DNA of 64,000 nucleotides from the human T2T-CHM13v2.0 reference genome, Homo sapiens: the NCBI RefSeq assembly GCF_009914755.1, contig NC_060934.1. One strand, 5' to 3'. A model generated the notes under the pieces. The model saw nothing but the letters and a program-made list of their open reading frames with translations, searched no databases and was not told the origin of the DNA. Below are positions 1 through 14,417 of the stretch, piece after piece; position 1 is the stretch's first letter, and each line of letters starts with the position of its first letter. The position numbers were made by a program, and so were the translations under genes.

Positions 1-1113
1 GCCTGGTCTCCCAGTCACCAGACTCTCCCTGCTCCCATCCAGCCTCACTCCATGGCAGATTTATCTTCATGAACTACAGCTTTGATCCTGCAGTCCCCTT
101 ACTTCCACATCTTCTCTGGCTCCCCATTGCCACAAGAATATCCCAGCTCCCTAGCCTGGTATTAGGATTCTCATGACTTGGAGACAACTTCCATTCTCAC
201 TGTCCCATCTCTCACACAGACTGTGCTCCAAGTATAGGAGAGGGCCAACCCCATTGTGCATTTGCAAGTCTCTGTGTCTCCAAACATGCTGCCCCCTCTG
301 CCTGCTGCCTGGAATACACTCTCCTCTCTCTCCCATCTGTGCTTATTGAAAGCTCCATCTTAGAGACCTACACCATATCTCTGTGATAGCACTTATCCTG
401 TTCTGACTTGACTTTTTAGCTTTCTGTAGCCTCTGTCTGGATCCTGCCCTAGATAGTAAAGTCCCAGAGAGCAGAGACTATATCTCAATTGAATTCTTGC
501 CCCCTTACAGGGTTTTAACACATGGTGGGTGCCTGTACATGTTTTCCAAATTAGATTCTATTTTTAGCACTCTAGTCACCCCATATTCCAGACAAACAAC
601 GCACACCCCTGGTGGGATCAACATGCAAACCACGCAGATCACAGCATCCTGTGCATTTAAAGATAATCAGTTTATCTGATTGGTCATTACAATCCTTTCA
701 CAGTTTTAGAAAACATTTATGTCTTTCAGGGACAGATCTGCAGGGCTAGAGTTGCTCTTGGGCCTCCCATTTACGGAGAAAATTGGGGCAAACTCTTGTG
801 TTGAAGTGACATCGTCCGTGCTGCCATTCCTGAGAAGACCAGCCTTATCGAAGGTCAGTTATGAACTGTGAGTATGAGAATGCTGTCCTCTTTCAATTCT
901 GTCCAATCTACAGGAGTTTCTACAGGAAATGAGAAAAGCACACTACAGAATCATAGCACTTTCAGGCTGGATCTATCTACTGCAGCATTTCACTTTATGG
1001 ATGAGGAAACAAGGAAAATTGAGCTCTTCAGAGGCAAAGGAGTCAGCCAAGCCACACAGGTGGCCAGTGATGAGCAGGACTGACCCATATTCAGCCTTCA
1101 AGCACTTCCCCTG

Positions 1114-1483
1114 TGTTAGGGACTGAATATCTGTGTCCCCTCTCCCAAAATTCATATGTTGAAATGTAATCTCCAATATGATGGTATGAGGAGGTGGGGC
1201 CTTTGGGAGGTGACTTGGTCATGAAAGTGGAGCCCTCAGGAATGAGATCTGTGTCCCTCTAAGAAGAGATACTGAGTGATTATATCTCTCTCTTCACCAT
1301 ATCAAGTTGCAACAAGAAGGTGGCCATCTGCAAACCAGGAAGACAGCCCTCACCAAGAACCCAACCATGCAGGCACCCTGATCTCAGACTTCCAGCTTCC
1401 AGAACTGGGAGAAATCAATGTTTGCTGTTTAAGTCACTCAGTCTCTGGTATTTTTGTTATAGCAGCCTACACTGGCTGAGACA
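1114..1483 (+). mobile_element. MaLR solo LTR (MLT1A-like)
   Basis: TGTTAGGGACTGAATATCTGTGTCCCC...CAAAATTCATATGTTGAAA...GACTTCCAGCTTCCAGAACTG...TTTGTTATAGCAGC...GAGACA, matching the MLT1/MST consensus style. Confidence 0.8.
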
Positions 1484-1529
1484 CACTGTCGCTGCCCTCC
1501 TGCCCTCTGTCCAGCCTTAACGTTTTGAC

Positions 1530-1745
1530 AGTTGCCATTTACTGAGCATTTATTAGGCGACAGATTCCATGCTGGGCATTCTGCACACACGACCTCATTT
1601 CAGCCTCACAACTCCCCCGACAAGTGGCCTGTCATTTAGACAAGGGGCCTGAGACTTAACAGAAGTGAACAGCTTGCTAAAATTCATATAACCTGTAAGT
1701 GGCAGAGTTGGAATCTAAAGCAAGCTCTGTCTGATTCTAAAGCAT
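1530..1745 (+). mobile_element. MIR fragment
   Basis: CCATTTACTGAGCATTTATTAGG...CCTCATTTCAGCCTCACAAC...GTAAGTGGCAGAGTTGGAATCTAAA core. Confidence 0.6.
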
Positions 1746-2299
1746 TTATTCAGTAACTGCTTCCCACTTTCCAACCCAATTCCTATTCCCTGGCAAGTCC
1801 ATTAGAACCCACACCAGGAGGAAAGAATTTTCTTTCATGACATCTCGGAAAAACTGAACCCTGTATGAAGATCTCAGCACAATCTGGCAGCCTCTCCGCA
1901 GCTAAGGGCCTGGTACCAATTTCTAATCAATGGATTTGAGCCAAGTTGTCAGGGAGGGTAAAGGCTTGGCAAACTGGATGAAGGAGATGATAGCAAGTTG
2001 CTTAGTATCCCTGGGCCTTAGTATTTGTTTTTGTTTTGTTTTCTGAAAGGGAATAATAGAGACCCCTGACCACAGAGTCAGGAGGAAGATGTGGGAGACT
2101 GAGTGAGAAAGTGCTTTTCAAAGTATATGCCTGACACTTACATGAGGCACATCAGGGGTGACCTGAGCAGTTCTAGGTACACCAGGATCCCCTGTGGGAT
2201 GCTCAGCTTTCACCCTACACAGCTCCTTGCTTCCTGTTGTCATATGAATCTCTGTCACCTGGTTTTTCCCCTGTGTGTAGAAGGGAACAGAAATATATC

Positions 2300-3090
<791 letters not shown>

Positions 3091-3299
3091 CTGGTAGTTG
3101 AGGTCCTCATTAACCACCTCCTAACAAGCCTCCTAGCCTCCTGGTCCTCCCTGCTCTGACAAATCCTTCACTCTATTTAAATGGTCTTCCTAGAACATAA
3201 TCTGATCGGGTCCTCTTGCCTTCCTGTGGCAAATCTTTCTATGGCTCCCCATTGCTTAGGTCTTCAGACCCTGGTAGGCATAAGAAATACCTAGAGAAC

Positions 3300-4073
3300 T
3301 GTTCTATTAGTTATTGACTACTGTTTAACAAATTACTCCAAAACTTAGTGGCTTAAGACATACATATTTATTATCTCACAGTTTCTGTGGGACAGGAGCC
3401 TCAGATTCATGGTCTATTGCAAGGCTCCAATCAAAGTGTTGTCCCAGGGGCTGTGTTCTCAACTGAAGGCTTGATTGGAGAAAGATCCACTTTCAAACTC
3501 ACAAAGCGGTTATTGGCAACACCGAGTTTCTCACAGGCTGTTTAACTTAGGAAGTCAGTTTATCACTGGCTGTTGGTATGAGGCCACCCTTGGTTCATGA
3601 AAGCATGCAAACTGAGAAGGGAATAGAGAGAGTCAGCTAATGCACAGAAGTTACAATCTTGTAACCCAGTCATGGAAGTGACATTCCATCACCTTTATTG
3701 TATTCTGTTGGTTACAATCAAGTTACTAGGTCCAGCCTGTATTCAGGGGGAGAGAATTACACAAGCACATGAATGCTCAGAGGTGGGGATCACTGTGGGC
3801 AGGTGTTGAATTGTGTCCTCCAAAAAGATATGCTGAAGTCCTAACTCCCAGTATCTGTAAACTGACCTTATTTGGACCTTGTCCTACCAGAAGCTAGGAG
3901 AGAGGTATCCTTCCCTAGAACAAATTCTTCTTTGGAAACTCAGAGAGAGCATGGCCTTACTGACTCCTTGAGTTTGGACATTTGGCCTCCAGAATTGTGA
4001 AACAATAGATTTCCATTGTTTTAAGCCCTCCAGATTGTGGCACTTAGTTAAGGCAACCGTAGGAAAGTGATAC
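3300..4073. mobile_element. Two adjacent or nested MaLR (MLT1) LTR fragments in opposite orientations
   Basis: 3300-3790 is a reverse MLT1 (AAATTACTCCAAAACTTAGTGGCTTAA...TTATCTCACAGTTTCTGTGGG). 3794-4073 is a forward MLT1 (TTGAATTGTGTCCTCCAAAAAGATATGCTGAAGTCCTAAC...GGCCTCCAGAATTGTGA...GATACA). Confidence 0.65.
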
Positions 4074-4193
4074 AGGGATGGTGCTAGAAATCAGCTTACT
4101 ACATCTAGCAAAATTGCAGATTCCTGAGCCCATGCTCTCCTTACTGCTGCCACAATATGATATGATGGTCTTTGTGGAAAGACCTATTGATTT

Positions 4194-4242
4194 TGATGCA
4201 GGAATTCAAGGGCCCACAATCGCTGATGCAGGAATTCAAGGG
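4194..4242 (+). repeat. 19-bp direct repeat TGATGCAGGAATTCAAGGG, period 30
   Basis: Copies at 4194-4212 and 4224-4242. Confidence 0.9.
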
Positions 4243-5239
4243 AAGCAGTCTCTTTGGCCCAGCTCTGTTCCCCATCTCCAGCAATCTGTGCACCCTCCCC
4301 AGCACAAACTCTATGGCTACATTCTGACATTTCCTCAGCCTCTTTGTTCTTCTCCCTTCCCTACCTGATAACACACTCATCAAGACCCTGGTTGATCACC
4401 TCCTCCAGGAAGCCTCCACTGATTACACTAAACCACCAGACTGAATTAGTTGTTTCCTTCTCTGTGATCCCAAATCACTTTGTGCCTAAATGTGCTAGAG
4501 GTACTTTGCCTCTCACATTGCATTGCCATTATTCACTCCCTTTTCAGTTTTCATTTCTAGGCTATGAGCACCCCAAGAACAGAAGTTGTGACTGATTTAG
4601 TCTTATACCCCCAGAGCCTGGCACAATGTCTGCCCAGGCATGTTGCTAACTAAGTGAATAAATGAGATGACTCTTCAGGGCTGCTCAGGCATTGTTGGGA
4701 GGAAGCTTCAGCCACTCCTCTCCCAGTTGTCCTTAGGAGTCATCTTGGCTTATATGACATGACCTTTGATTGTTCTGATTGTGCCACATTCGTGTGGCAG
4801 AAGTGATGACTCAGGGAGAATGGGTCATTCCTCAGTCACTGAGGGAAGAAGCACAGAATCAAATTGCATCAGAGCTAGAAGAGAGACATCCTGGATAACA
4901 GCCCAATGTGGGCCATGGGGACAGGCTTCGCTATCGAGGTACTCAGCTCTGATGTGGCTTGCATGACCTCACTGAAGGCTACATGGGCTAGGCTTCCCCC
5001 TATTCTGTGGGGAGAGAGTTTCTCATACACAGGAGGCTGAGCCAATGATCCTTGCATCCCTCACCCCCTGCCCAGCCACCAGCAGAAAGAGGAACTATGC
5101 AGGGAAGGTTGGGGGAGCCCCAGCTGGGTCACTGGACCAGCTCCATCGGGCTCTCAAGACAAGAGGCATTGGAAAGCTTGTACCTATGCATGGTGGCTGG
5201 GAGGTGAATATTTTCATAACCACTTGACTGAGACAGCAC

Positions 5240-6010
5240 TAATGTATTATACAACCTACTCACTGAAAGTTTTAGTACAGTCATGGAGTTGGACAACCAT
5301 CATCACAACCAATTTTAAAACATTTTCATCACCCCCAAAAAGAAACCCCATACACATTTGCAGTCACTCTTCATTCCCCTCATCCCCCTAGCATCTGCTA
5401 ATCGCTTATTTCCTTTCTGTCTCTATGAAGTAGCCTCCTCTGGACATTTCATTTAAATGGAGTCAAACAATATGTGGTCTTTTACTTTGGCATCTTTCAA
5501 AGGCTCATCCACATTGCAGCATGTATCAGTGCTGGATTCCTTTGTATTGATGAACAATTTTCCATTGTATGGATAGACCACATTTTCTTCCTCCATTCAT
5601 GGGATGTGGAATTTCTTTAGGTTGAGAATCCCATTGGAACTTGATGAATCTAAAGTTGACTTAAATGTAAGGCAGATATGCCACTCTTCTGCTAAAAATA
5701 CCCTGCACAACAAAACAAATGAATCACACAGATTCATTGACTCAAAGAAGCAGACTCAGAAAGAGTACATACTGGACGTGGTTATTTAATTGAACTTCTA
5801 GAACCAGAATAACTCGTCTTAATTCTAAAAGTCAACAGTGGTCTCTTAGGGTGGGGTTTGGGGGAATTGATTGCAAAGGGCCAGGAGAAAACTTTCAGGG
5901 TGGGGAAATACAGTTGATAATTACTCAGGGGTATATATTTGTCAAAGTTTATGAGGTTGTATTCTCAAAATTGTGGATTTTATTGCATTGTAAATTATAC
6001 TTCTTCTCCC
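5240..6010. mobile_element. Old L1M fragments
   Basis: Reverse L1 3' UTR motifs (ACATTTTCATCACCCCCAAAAAGAAACCCC; TTTTCCATTGTATGGATAGACCACATTT) followed by a forward L1ME-like piece. Confidence 0.6.
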
Positions 6011-6096
6011 CTAATGAGAACTCTGAGGATAGAGAGCAACCTGCAAATAATTACACTTGAAAGATTCTTGGTTTGGGGAGAAAGACTTTTTCAAAA

Positions 6097-6220
6097 ATGT
6101 TTTGTAGAGACAGGGTCTCACTGTGTTGTTCAGGTTGGTCTCAAACTCCTAGTCTCAAGTGAGGCCCTCCCACCTCAGCTTCCCAAAGTGCTGGGATTAT
6201 GGATGTGAGCCACTGTGCCT
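6097..6220 (-). mobile_element. Alu monomer (FLAM/AluJ fragment)
   Basis: TTTTGTAGAGACAGGGTCTCACTG...CCCAAAGTGCTGGGATTA...GAGCCACTGTGCC. Confidence 0.85.
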
Positions 6221-7723
6221 CACTGTAAGAAGAACTTTCAAAGAAGACAAGGGAACCAGGAAGAGAAACGAGGACGTGGGAGAGAGCTGGCTCATTTCTG
6301 GATAGAAGAGTAAGGCCTCCTTGAAGCAAGGAAGCAACTCTTGGGGCATCTCTCCATTGCAGAACTGTGTTAGCTTTCTCAAGGCAACACTGCAAGAACA
6401 GACTTTGGCCTGTGGGTTCATCTTGAAGAATGAATGAATGAGGAATAACAGCACAATAGCTAGGACTTACATAGCACTTACTGTAGGCCAGCCCTGTCCT
6501 TGTAACAACCCTATGAGGCTAAATGTTTTAGTACTCTCTCCAGCTCTTCCTTGTCATACTTGGGACCTCAGTTTCCTCATCTATCAATCAGAAAGAATAA
6601 TAGTACCTACCTCACCAAGTTATAGTGCCTGGCTTCTAATAAGGATTCAATGACCGTGAGCCGACATTACCTCCACATAACTGTTACCCTCACTGTCATG
6701 AAAGGGTAAGACATTCAGTCACTCTAAGGACATTGTATGTGATGCAGGAAACATATGTGATCAGGCACAGCTTGGCTGTGACCTGTCTCCCAGGGCTGTG
6801 TATTTTCTAAGGGTCAGTATTTAGTCAGAGGGAGACATCATTGGCAGCATTCCTGGTGGCATCGAGAAAGATGGGAGAGAACTTTCCAGGAAAGTCCCAG
6901 TAAAGAGCTTGTGTAGCATGTGTAGGTAGCACAGTTTCCCCAGGATCACAATTCCAGGCTTTTGTCCATTCTGCCTTCAAAGCAAGGACCTGCAGGTCAG
7001 AAGAGGTGGGTGGTAAAATGAGGCCATCAGGACCAGGGCAAACCCTCTATGTTAATTGTGGGGGCCTCCAGCCTGGGAGTTTTGCAGCTTTGGCTAGAAG
7101 CCTAAGCAGTCCCCACCCCGTCCATGGATAAGGAGGTGGGCTGTGCCAGGAAGCTGCTCCAAGGAGAAGGACCGTAGTATGGCTATGGAGGGAAGGAAGC
7201 AGCCTTCTCTTAGATGAAGTACTGAAAAATATGGAAAGCTCCCCTCCTTTGGGAAGCGCCTTGCTTACTGACTTGTGTGTGTGCACAAACGTGTATGTGC
7301 TTTGTGTGTGTGGTGGGCCTGGGGCAGGTGAGAATGCCATGCCAAGCACTCCTGTATCAGGCCTCATGCTTTTGTGTAAAAGTTGGGTGTTAATCACTGG
7401 CATTCTCCAGTCCCCTTCTGCCCTCTTGGCTCCTTGTCCCAAGGGTGGGTGGTGTAGAGACCCGCTCTCACAGCCCATCTGCCTGAGATTAGCCTGGGAA
7501 AGGTCCCCCAAAGGTCCTATTCCTTGGGCTCCTTTAGGTTTTGTAAAATGCAGCATCAAAAGATCTCAGATTTCATTAAACTCTTTAAAAACAGCTTTTG
7601 GGTATGATCAGGCTATCTGAAGGTCCCTAATCAAGTGGGCCAATTCTCTGTAAGGGAACTGTGAATCCATTCATTCATTCATCCATTCATTCATTCGTCT
7701 CACTCAGGCATTCAGGCATTAAT

Positions 7724-7768
7724 ACAAGCGTTTCCTGAGCACAAGCATTTCCTGAGCACAAGCGTTTC
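7724..7768 (+). repeat. 17-bp tandem repeat, 2.6 copies (ACAAGC[G/A]TTTCCTGAGC)
   Basis: Read directly from sequence. Confidence 0.9.
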
Positions 7769-10464
7769 GTCCGCTGATCGGCCGGCGGCGCTGAGTCCTG
7801 GGAAGACGAATGAGGCAGGCCCGTTCCCTCCTTCCCTCCCCGAGTCCTTCCTGGAGAACACCTAGCCTGAGGTTAGGACCGGCACCTAAAGGATAGAACG
7901 AGACGGGGACCACAGAATGGGCCCTAAAACAGGCAGGAAAAGCGGGAAGGAGGATGACAGGCAGGCGAGACCACTTCCTGTCGTGGCCAGGTAGAGATCA
8001 GCAGAGATCTGAAGGCGATTTCACCCACTTCTTCTCCCGGGATCCAGAGAAAAAATGCTTTTGTTTTCTAACTGCGGCGGCGAAGGGCGAGACCTCAATG
8101 GCTTTTAAACGTCCTGCGCCGGGACAGCGGTTTCTCCAGCGGAACCTGCAGGCTTGGTTCAGAGGCTGTCCCATAGAGGGCGCTGTCTGCCTGACTTTGA
8201 ATGGAGTCGTGAGCGCAAGAACGCTGGCAACACCTCTCGCCAGACGGCGAGTAAAGGGCTGAGTCCGCGCCCAGACCCGACTCCCACCAGCTTTCTCGAA
8301 GGGGAAGGGAAAGATCTACTCAATACATCCCGCTTTTCAAGCCCAGCAATCCCTAAAACTGAGAGGATGGGCTGAGAGTGCTGACACTGGAGAAGCTCCT
8401 CTCCCGGGCCAAACACAAGCACATAACAGCGCCCCTGCGCGCCCCTGGGAGGGGAGTCAACCGGAGAACTTGGGGCGACAACCGGAAAGCCGGGATCCGG
8501 TAGCCGCACAGCAGGGATGCGGGCGGCTGTCCCGGACTCTTCTCCCGCCACACTGGGCCTGTCCCCTCCCCATCTGAGTCTAGCGCTGGAGTTGTGATCA
8601 GCCACGAGTCCCCCTCCCCAGACTGAACCCTCAGCATTCCCAGTTTAAAGTCGACTTTCGTGCGTCAGAACTCTAGCCAAGTTTGCATGCGTCTGCGCTG
8701 AATGGCGAAGCTCCCAAAACACACAGGCATACACGCCGGGGTCTCTCCACGCATACTCGGCCGCGTGGCAGGCTGTGTGCAGGCGGTGCCCACCCAACCC
8801 TCATAGACCTACGTGCATCGAGCTATTTCTGCGGTTGGGGGAAAATGACCTCTGGGTATCCAGCAGCGATTGGGCGACCTAGGCCCAGTTTCCTCCTCTC
8901 TGGGCGCGGGTTTCCACTTACAAAATCCAAGTATGAGACCCACCCTGCTGGGGTCTCAGGGCAGTGATCCGTTCCAACCCAGATTTTGGATGGCGTAGCG
9001 TTTTGCATTCCAGTAAAGCCCTGTGTAAACTCAAGGGAGTAATAACAGTAATTGTTTATGGAAGCGCCATTTACGTTTCCAGATTTCCAAAGCAAAAATG
9101 GGGTTCGCTGCTGTAGATGAATGCAGAAAGAAACATTACATATGCCCGTCGAGATTTGGTGGGGGAGGGTCTGACGCCCCAGGACCGAAAAACAAAATCT
9201 ACCTCTCAAGTGGGGACCCCACACGATCACGTCTGCCAATGCAGGGCGGCCTTGAATTAGGCGAGGCTCAATCTAACGAAAAAGAAAGCGGTGGGGAGGT
9301 GAAGGGATCCCAAAAAGCCCTCGTGTGCGGGAGCTTCACCAGGGTGGAAGAGGGTGAGGCCAGTTTGTCACCTTTCTCTGATAAGAAAGCTGTCTCTCGG
9401 GAGGGGACCTCACAAACAATTCTGATTTACTTGATGCTTAAATCATGAGTCTTAAATGTCTGCCTCATGGGCTTCTCGTGCGAACCGGGGAGCTGTTTTT
9501 AAAGCCAGTGGAGTGGAATGTCCTTTCACTAAGCCGTTCTGCAAAGGTCCAGTGTGGTTCTCTAAGGACTTCGCTGCCGTCGAGACGCGCAGCGGATGCC
9601 GCTGCTTGCCGCGGCGGAGGAAGCTACGCCGCTGCGCCTTCGGTTCACCTTGCCCCCATTAAAGCGTTAGTTAGACAGCTCCAAACGCCAGCTGGCCGGA
9701 GAGACTTCCTGGGAGAAAGTGCTGTCGTCGGGGTCACAGACTCGGAGTTGATCCGCGAGCCTTGGGCACCGGCGGCCAGAGCAGAGGGGTGCCCTTCCGA
9801 GAGCAGCCGTCGGTGCCGAGAAGCTGTTGCCCCAGCAGCCCCACCGAGTGACGCGCGGGTTTTGGCCGGGTCAGCGCGCATACGCACACAGGCACACCCA
9901 CTCCTGGTCCCGGGGGAAGGCTCACTCTTCGGTTTTCCAGGGCTAAAGGCCAAGGCCACGCGGATTTCTGAGTCCGAAGACGCAGTGCGAGGACTTACAC
10001 CTGGATTCCCTTACTATCGGCTGGATGGTGGGTGGGGAACCCAAATCCCTCTCTTCTTGGCCTCGCCCTTCCTAGCAGGCTTTAGGAAAAATACCGAGGT
10101 CGCCGGACCCCAAAGGGTAGGAAAATGATGAGTTCTCCGAGGGCCGAGGTCACGTCCTGCCTCTTGGGCCGGCGCTGCGTGGCTCTCCAGCTGCGTGGGG
10201 GCGGCGGGCCCCTGTCCAGCCCCAGGGGGCGGGGGAGCGGCAGCTGCGAGCGCAGATAACCCCGAGGTGACCCGGGAGGGCCTGGTCCGCCCCTCCCCCC
10301 TCCCGCAGGCCTGGCGGCGGGAAGCGGGTCCCTGCGCCGCAGGGGGGAGAGGCAGGCGCGGTCTCCGGGCTCGCGGCCGTTAGTGCGCTTCGGCCAAGGG
10401 CGCCTCCTGCTCCGCGTCCCTCGCTCGCCTCCTGCGCTCGCAGGAGCGCTCCGAGTGCCTCTTT

Positions 10465-10760
10465 AGCGGGAGCCAATATCCTTTTGTGCTAATAGGCTTG
10501 TCCTCATTTGCTGCCTAATTGGACTATATAAAGCCAATAACGGGCGGGCTCTTATAGCCCGAAGCCAAAGCGCCAAAATCCGAGGGAAGGCGAGGAGGGG
10601 GCGGTGGCGGAGGCGGCTGCGGGGCCGGGGCTCGGCTGAGCCTTCGCCTGCCTAATCCCATTTGCCATTGTACGCGCCCAATCGCCGTATACTCCCCGCA
10701 TTTAACTTGGATGACATTTTGATTTCATCATTAGCATCCGGCGCCGGATTGACGCAGCCT
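10465..10760 (+). promoter_or_regulatory. HMX3 promoter-proximal element
   Basis: Relatively AT-rich block inside the CpG island, with CCAAT (10473, 10534), TATATAAAG (10525-10533), GC boxes and TAAT motifs, 300-600 bp upstream of the ATG. Confidence 0.55.
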
Positions 10761-11062
10761 CGAGCCGGGGACTGCTCTTGCTGCCTCCTCCGCGGGAGCC
10801 GCAGCCGCAGCCGAGCCGCCTCGATCCCTCGGTGCCGCGGCAGGGCCGCTCCCCGCCCCTCCGCACCCCTCCCTCATGCGAGCCCGCCCGTCTGGGTCCT
10901 CACTCCGCCCTCCCGCCGTTGGATTTGCGCCCGGGGCGGCCCCCGACTTTGCGCCCCGTAGTTGAGTTCCGTTTATGGTCTGATTTCCGGCCTCTCGCCT
11001 GCTCGCCCCGCCGCCCGCCTGTCCCGCTCCCTCCCTCCCGGGGACCCGGAGGAGAGGGGACC

Positions 11063-11462
11063 ATGCCGGAACCCGGGCCGGACGCTGCCGGCACCGCCAG
11101 CGCACAGCCCCAACCGCCGCCGCCCCCCCCACCCGCTCCCAAGGAGTCCCCGTTCTCCATCAAGAACCTGCTCAACGGAGACCACCACCGGCCGCCCCCT
11201 AAGCCTCAGCCGCCCCCACGGACGCTCTTCGCGCCAGCCTCGGCTGCCGCCGCCGCCGCCGCTGCCGCTGCCGCGGCGGCCAAGGGGGCCCTGGAGGGCG
11301 CCGCGGGCTTCGCGCTCTCGCAGGTGGGCGACCTGGCTTTCCCTCGCTTTGAGATCCCGGCGCAGAGGTTTGCCCTGCCCGCGCACTACCTGGAGCGCTC
11401 CCCAGCCTGGTGGTACCCCTACACCCTGACCCCCGCCGGCGGCCACCTCCCGCGACCTGAAG
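11063..11462 (+). CDS. HMX3: HMX3 (NKX5-1) coding exon 1 of 2
   Basis: ATG at 11063 (accATGc), encodes [39 protein letters not shown]... with an eh1 motif (FSIKNLL) and a 13-Ala tract. Ends GAAG|GTACCG. 400 nt. Confidence 0.97.
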
Positions 11463-12069
11463 GTACCGACCTCTCTTTGAACTTTCGTTGTCCCCCTGCG
11501 CGCCCGCCCCGTCCCCGCCCCGCGCTGCTTCCCTCCGCAGTTCTGGGACCCCAGCACCCGCAAACCCTCTGCTCGGTCAGTTTTTTTCGGCCCCTAGCCT
11601 GCCCTCGCGCTGGGTTGCGCTGCCCGTTAATCCAATCCCACTTGGTGAGAAAAGAAGTGGAATTGGAGCCCCGGGCACGGTGCTTCCCGGGAAAAGTGGC
11701 CTCGGGCGTGAATAGGGAGGCTTCGGACGGCCGGGGCTTGGGACACGGCCTGGAAGGAGGGGGTGATTCCAATGCGCCTAAGCCGAAAGGGAACCGTTCT
11801 GCCGGCCCCTGGCGAGGAAGCTGAGGGAATGGAAGGAGGTGGCCGCGCTACCACCATCTGCTTGCCTGTCCTCGGGAGGAGGGGGATCCCAGGACTCGGC
11901 GTCCCTTCTCTGGCCCAGCCGAGAAGGAGGCAGCCCGCGGGAATGGTGAGGCCTCATGGCCTGGGACCTGGAGGCCGGCGCGGGTTGAGCCTGCCGTCCC
12001 CAGGCGCCGGGCCTCGCTCAAGGCTGTGTCGGTGTGCATGTGTGTGCGTCCGTCTGTCTGTCTCCCCAG

Positions 12070-12743
12070 CCTCGGAGAAGGCCTTGCTGAGAGACTCCTC
12101 CCCCGCCTCCGGCACAGACCGCGACTCTCCGGAGCCACTGCTCAAGGCCGACCCCGATCACAAGGAGCTGGACTCCAAGAGCCCGGACGAGATCATTCTG
12201 GAGGAGAGCGACTCCGAGGAAAGCAAAAAGGAAGGCGAAGCGGCGCCAGGCGCGGCCGGGGCGAGCGTAGGGGCGGCGGCGGCCACTCCGGGCGCAGAAG
12301 ACTGGAAGAAGGGCGCTGAAAGTCCAGAGAAGAAGCCGGCGTGCCGCAAGAAGAAGACGCGCACAGTCTTCTCGCGCAGCCAGGTCTTCCAGCTCGAGTC
12401 CACCTTCGACATGAAGCGCTATCTGAGCAGCTCGGAGCGAGCCGGCCTGGCCGCGTCCCTGCACCTCACCGAGACGCAGGTCAAGATCTGGTTCCAGAAC
12501 CGCCGCAACAAGTGGAAGCGGCAGCTGGCGGCGGAGCTGGAGGCGGCCAACCTGAGCCATGCCGCGGCGCAGCGCATCGTGCGGGTGCCCATCCTCTACC
12601 ACGAGAACTCGGCGGCCGAGGGCGCGGCGGCTGCAGCCGCGGGGGCCCCGGTGCCAGTCAGCCAGCCGCTGCTCACCTTCCCGCACCCCGTCTACTACTC
12701 GCACCCGGTGGTCTCTTCCGTGCCGCTGCTACGGCCGGTCTGA
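12070..12743 (+). CDS. HMX3: HMX3 coding exon 2 (NK5/HMX homeodomain)
   Basis: Acceptor tctccccag|CC. Homeodomain [59 protein letters not shown] followed by the HMX motif AAELEAANL. 400+674=1074 nt = 357 aa + stop. Confidence 0.97.
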
Positions 12744-13134
12744 GGCCCCAGAGGGGTGGGGGAGGGAGCGCCCGGCCTCCTTGTCCGGACCCCGGAGGAG
12801 ACTGGGCCGGGCCGAGGGCGCCGAGAAGTCCAGCGGCCTTCAGGAACTGGGGCTTGGGCGCGCAGCCTCTGCTTCCCCTCCCCCAGTCGGTAGCATTTTG
12901 TAAGTATTTGCAATGCATTTTCGTGCAATTCATCCCTAATGGATTGGAGGCGCTTCCCCTCTTACTTTTGGTTTTTGGCTTATATTAAGAGAAAGCAGGA
13001 ACAAGACAAAATTTCCGGGTCAGAGATTTCGGCCGATAGTTTTTGTAAAATGTGCAGCCCTCCCTTCCAAATTTCCATTGCGCGGTGGCTTTTTGGTTTT
13101 ATTTTTATAGAAGGAAAATAAGCGCAAAACCTAA

Positions 13135-13464
<330 letters not shown>

Positions 13465-14417
13465 TAGTTTATTCCTTTTCTATAGAACTGTTTTCAGAAT
13501 CCAGAGAGGGAGAGAATTCATATGATAGTACTTTTATTTCTGGATTTCTGGGTATGTTTCTTCCTCCCAACCCCCAAATCAGTTATCCACCTTAATTTTC
13601 AAAATATGAGCAGCCTCTCATAAGAATCCCGACTCAGGCCGCTTTTCTCTTCTGGAGAGGTCTGTTGCAATTAGCCTCTTCATCGGTCTTACTTTGTGAT
13701 GGAAGAATTCTCTAAGTGTCTAAAGAGAAAAGACAGCCAAAAATCAGAACTCTGACTATTTGAAACAGCTCCATATCTGGCCTGGTCTAAGTGGTCTTAT
13801 TTATTAGTAGCATTTATTTTGAGAATTTCATTTGTAAATTATTATTAATATTACTATTATTACTTTGTTCCCTGTTTTGAGAGAGTAATTTCAGTATTTT
13901 TAATATGATATCTTTTATCCTCTCCTCTTACTTTTCATGTTCTGCAGTAATTATTGTACGTTGACCTGTGCAATATTGTACAAAATCTCCTGAGAAAGCT
14001 GTTTCCTCCTCCACCGTGGGAAACAGACCTTTTCACTGTATAATCATGGTCATTCATTTAGAAAGAAAAAAGTAGGCAGGGGAAAGGGGGGAAGAAAGAA
14101 ACAAGCTTAGGTAGTGATGCTCAAAGGAGTAAGTTAGGCATACTGGAGCGCTTTAAGTGAAGGACAATCAATTTAGCAGAATTTTAACTTATTTGATAAA
14201 TGTACAGATTTCTTGTAAAGTTCACCCTCTACTCCGCAGGGCTCCTGGCTCTGTCACCCAATCTGTTTTCTTTCTGTCGGTACACCTGTTGTTCTGTGAT
14301 AGTTTGTTTCCCCTCATCTCCCTCACCTCTGCCTGGGTTGAGTCCCTTTTTAAGAAAAAGAGAAAAAAAAAAACCCACAAAATATTGTTACACTAATGTT
14401 GTCGTGACATTGAATTA

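Larger units (their letters stand above)
7770..13100. other. CpG island domain over HMX3 and its upstream region
   Basis: Visibly high GC content and CpG density; boundaries by eye. Confidence 0.85.

Noticed and set aside
4194-4242. Repeat-spacer-repeat pattern resembling a CRISPR unit (also 7724-7768)
   Set aside because: Only 2-3 copies, simple local duplications in a mammalian genome, no cas genes.
9445-10128. 227-aa ATG ORF upstream of HMX3
   Set aside because: No domain or splice support; this length is expected in GC-rich DNA. Would need PhyloCSF or Ribo-seq evidence.
12018-12704. 228-aa antisense ORF over HMX3 exon 2 (similarly 23280-23957, 24584-24976, 10973-11563)
   Set aside because: Antisense shadows of GC3-rich coding sequence; no recognisable domain.
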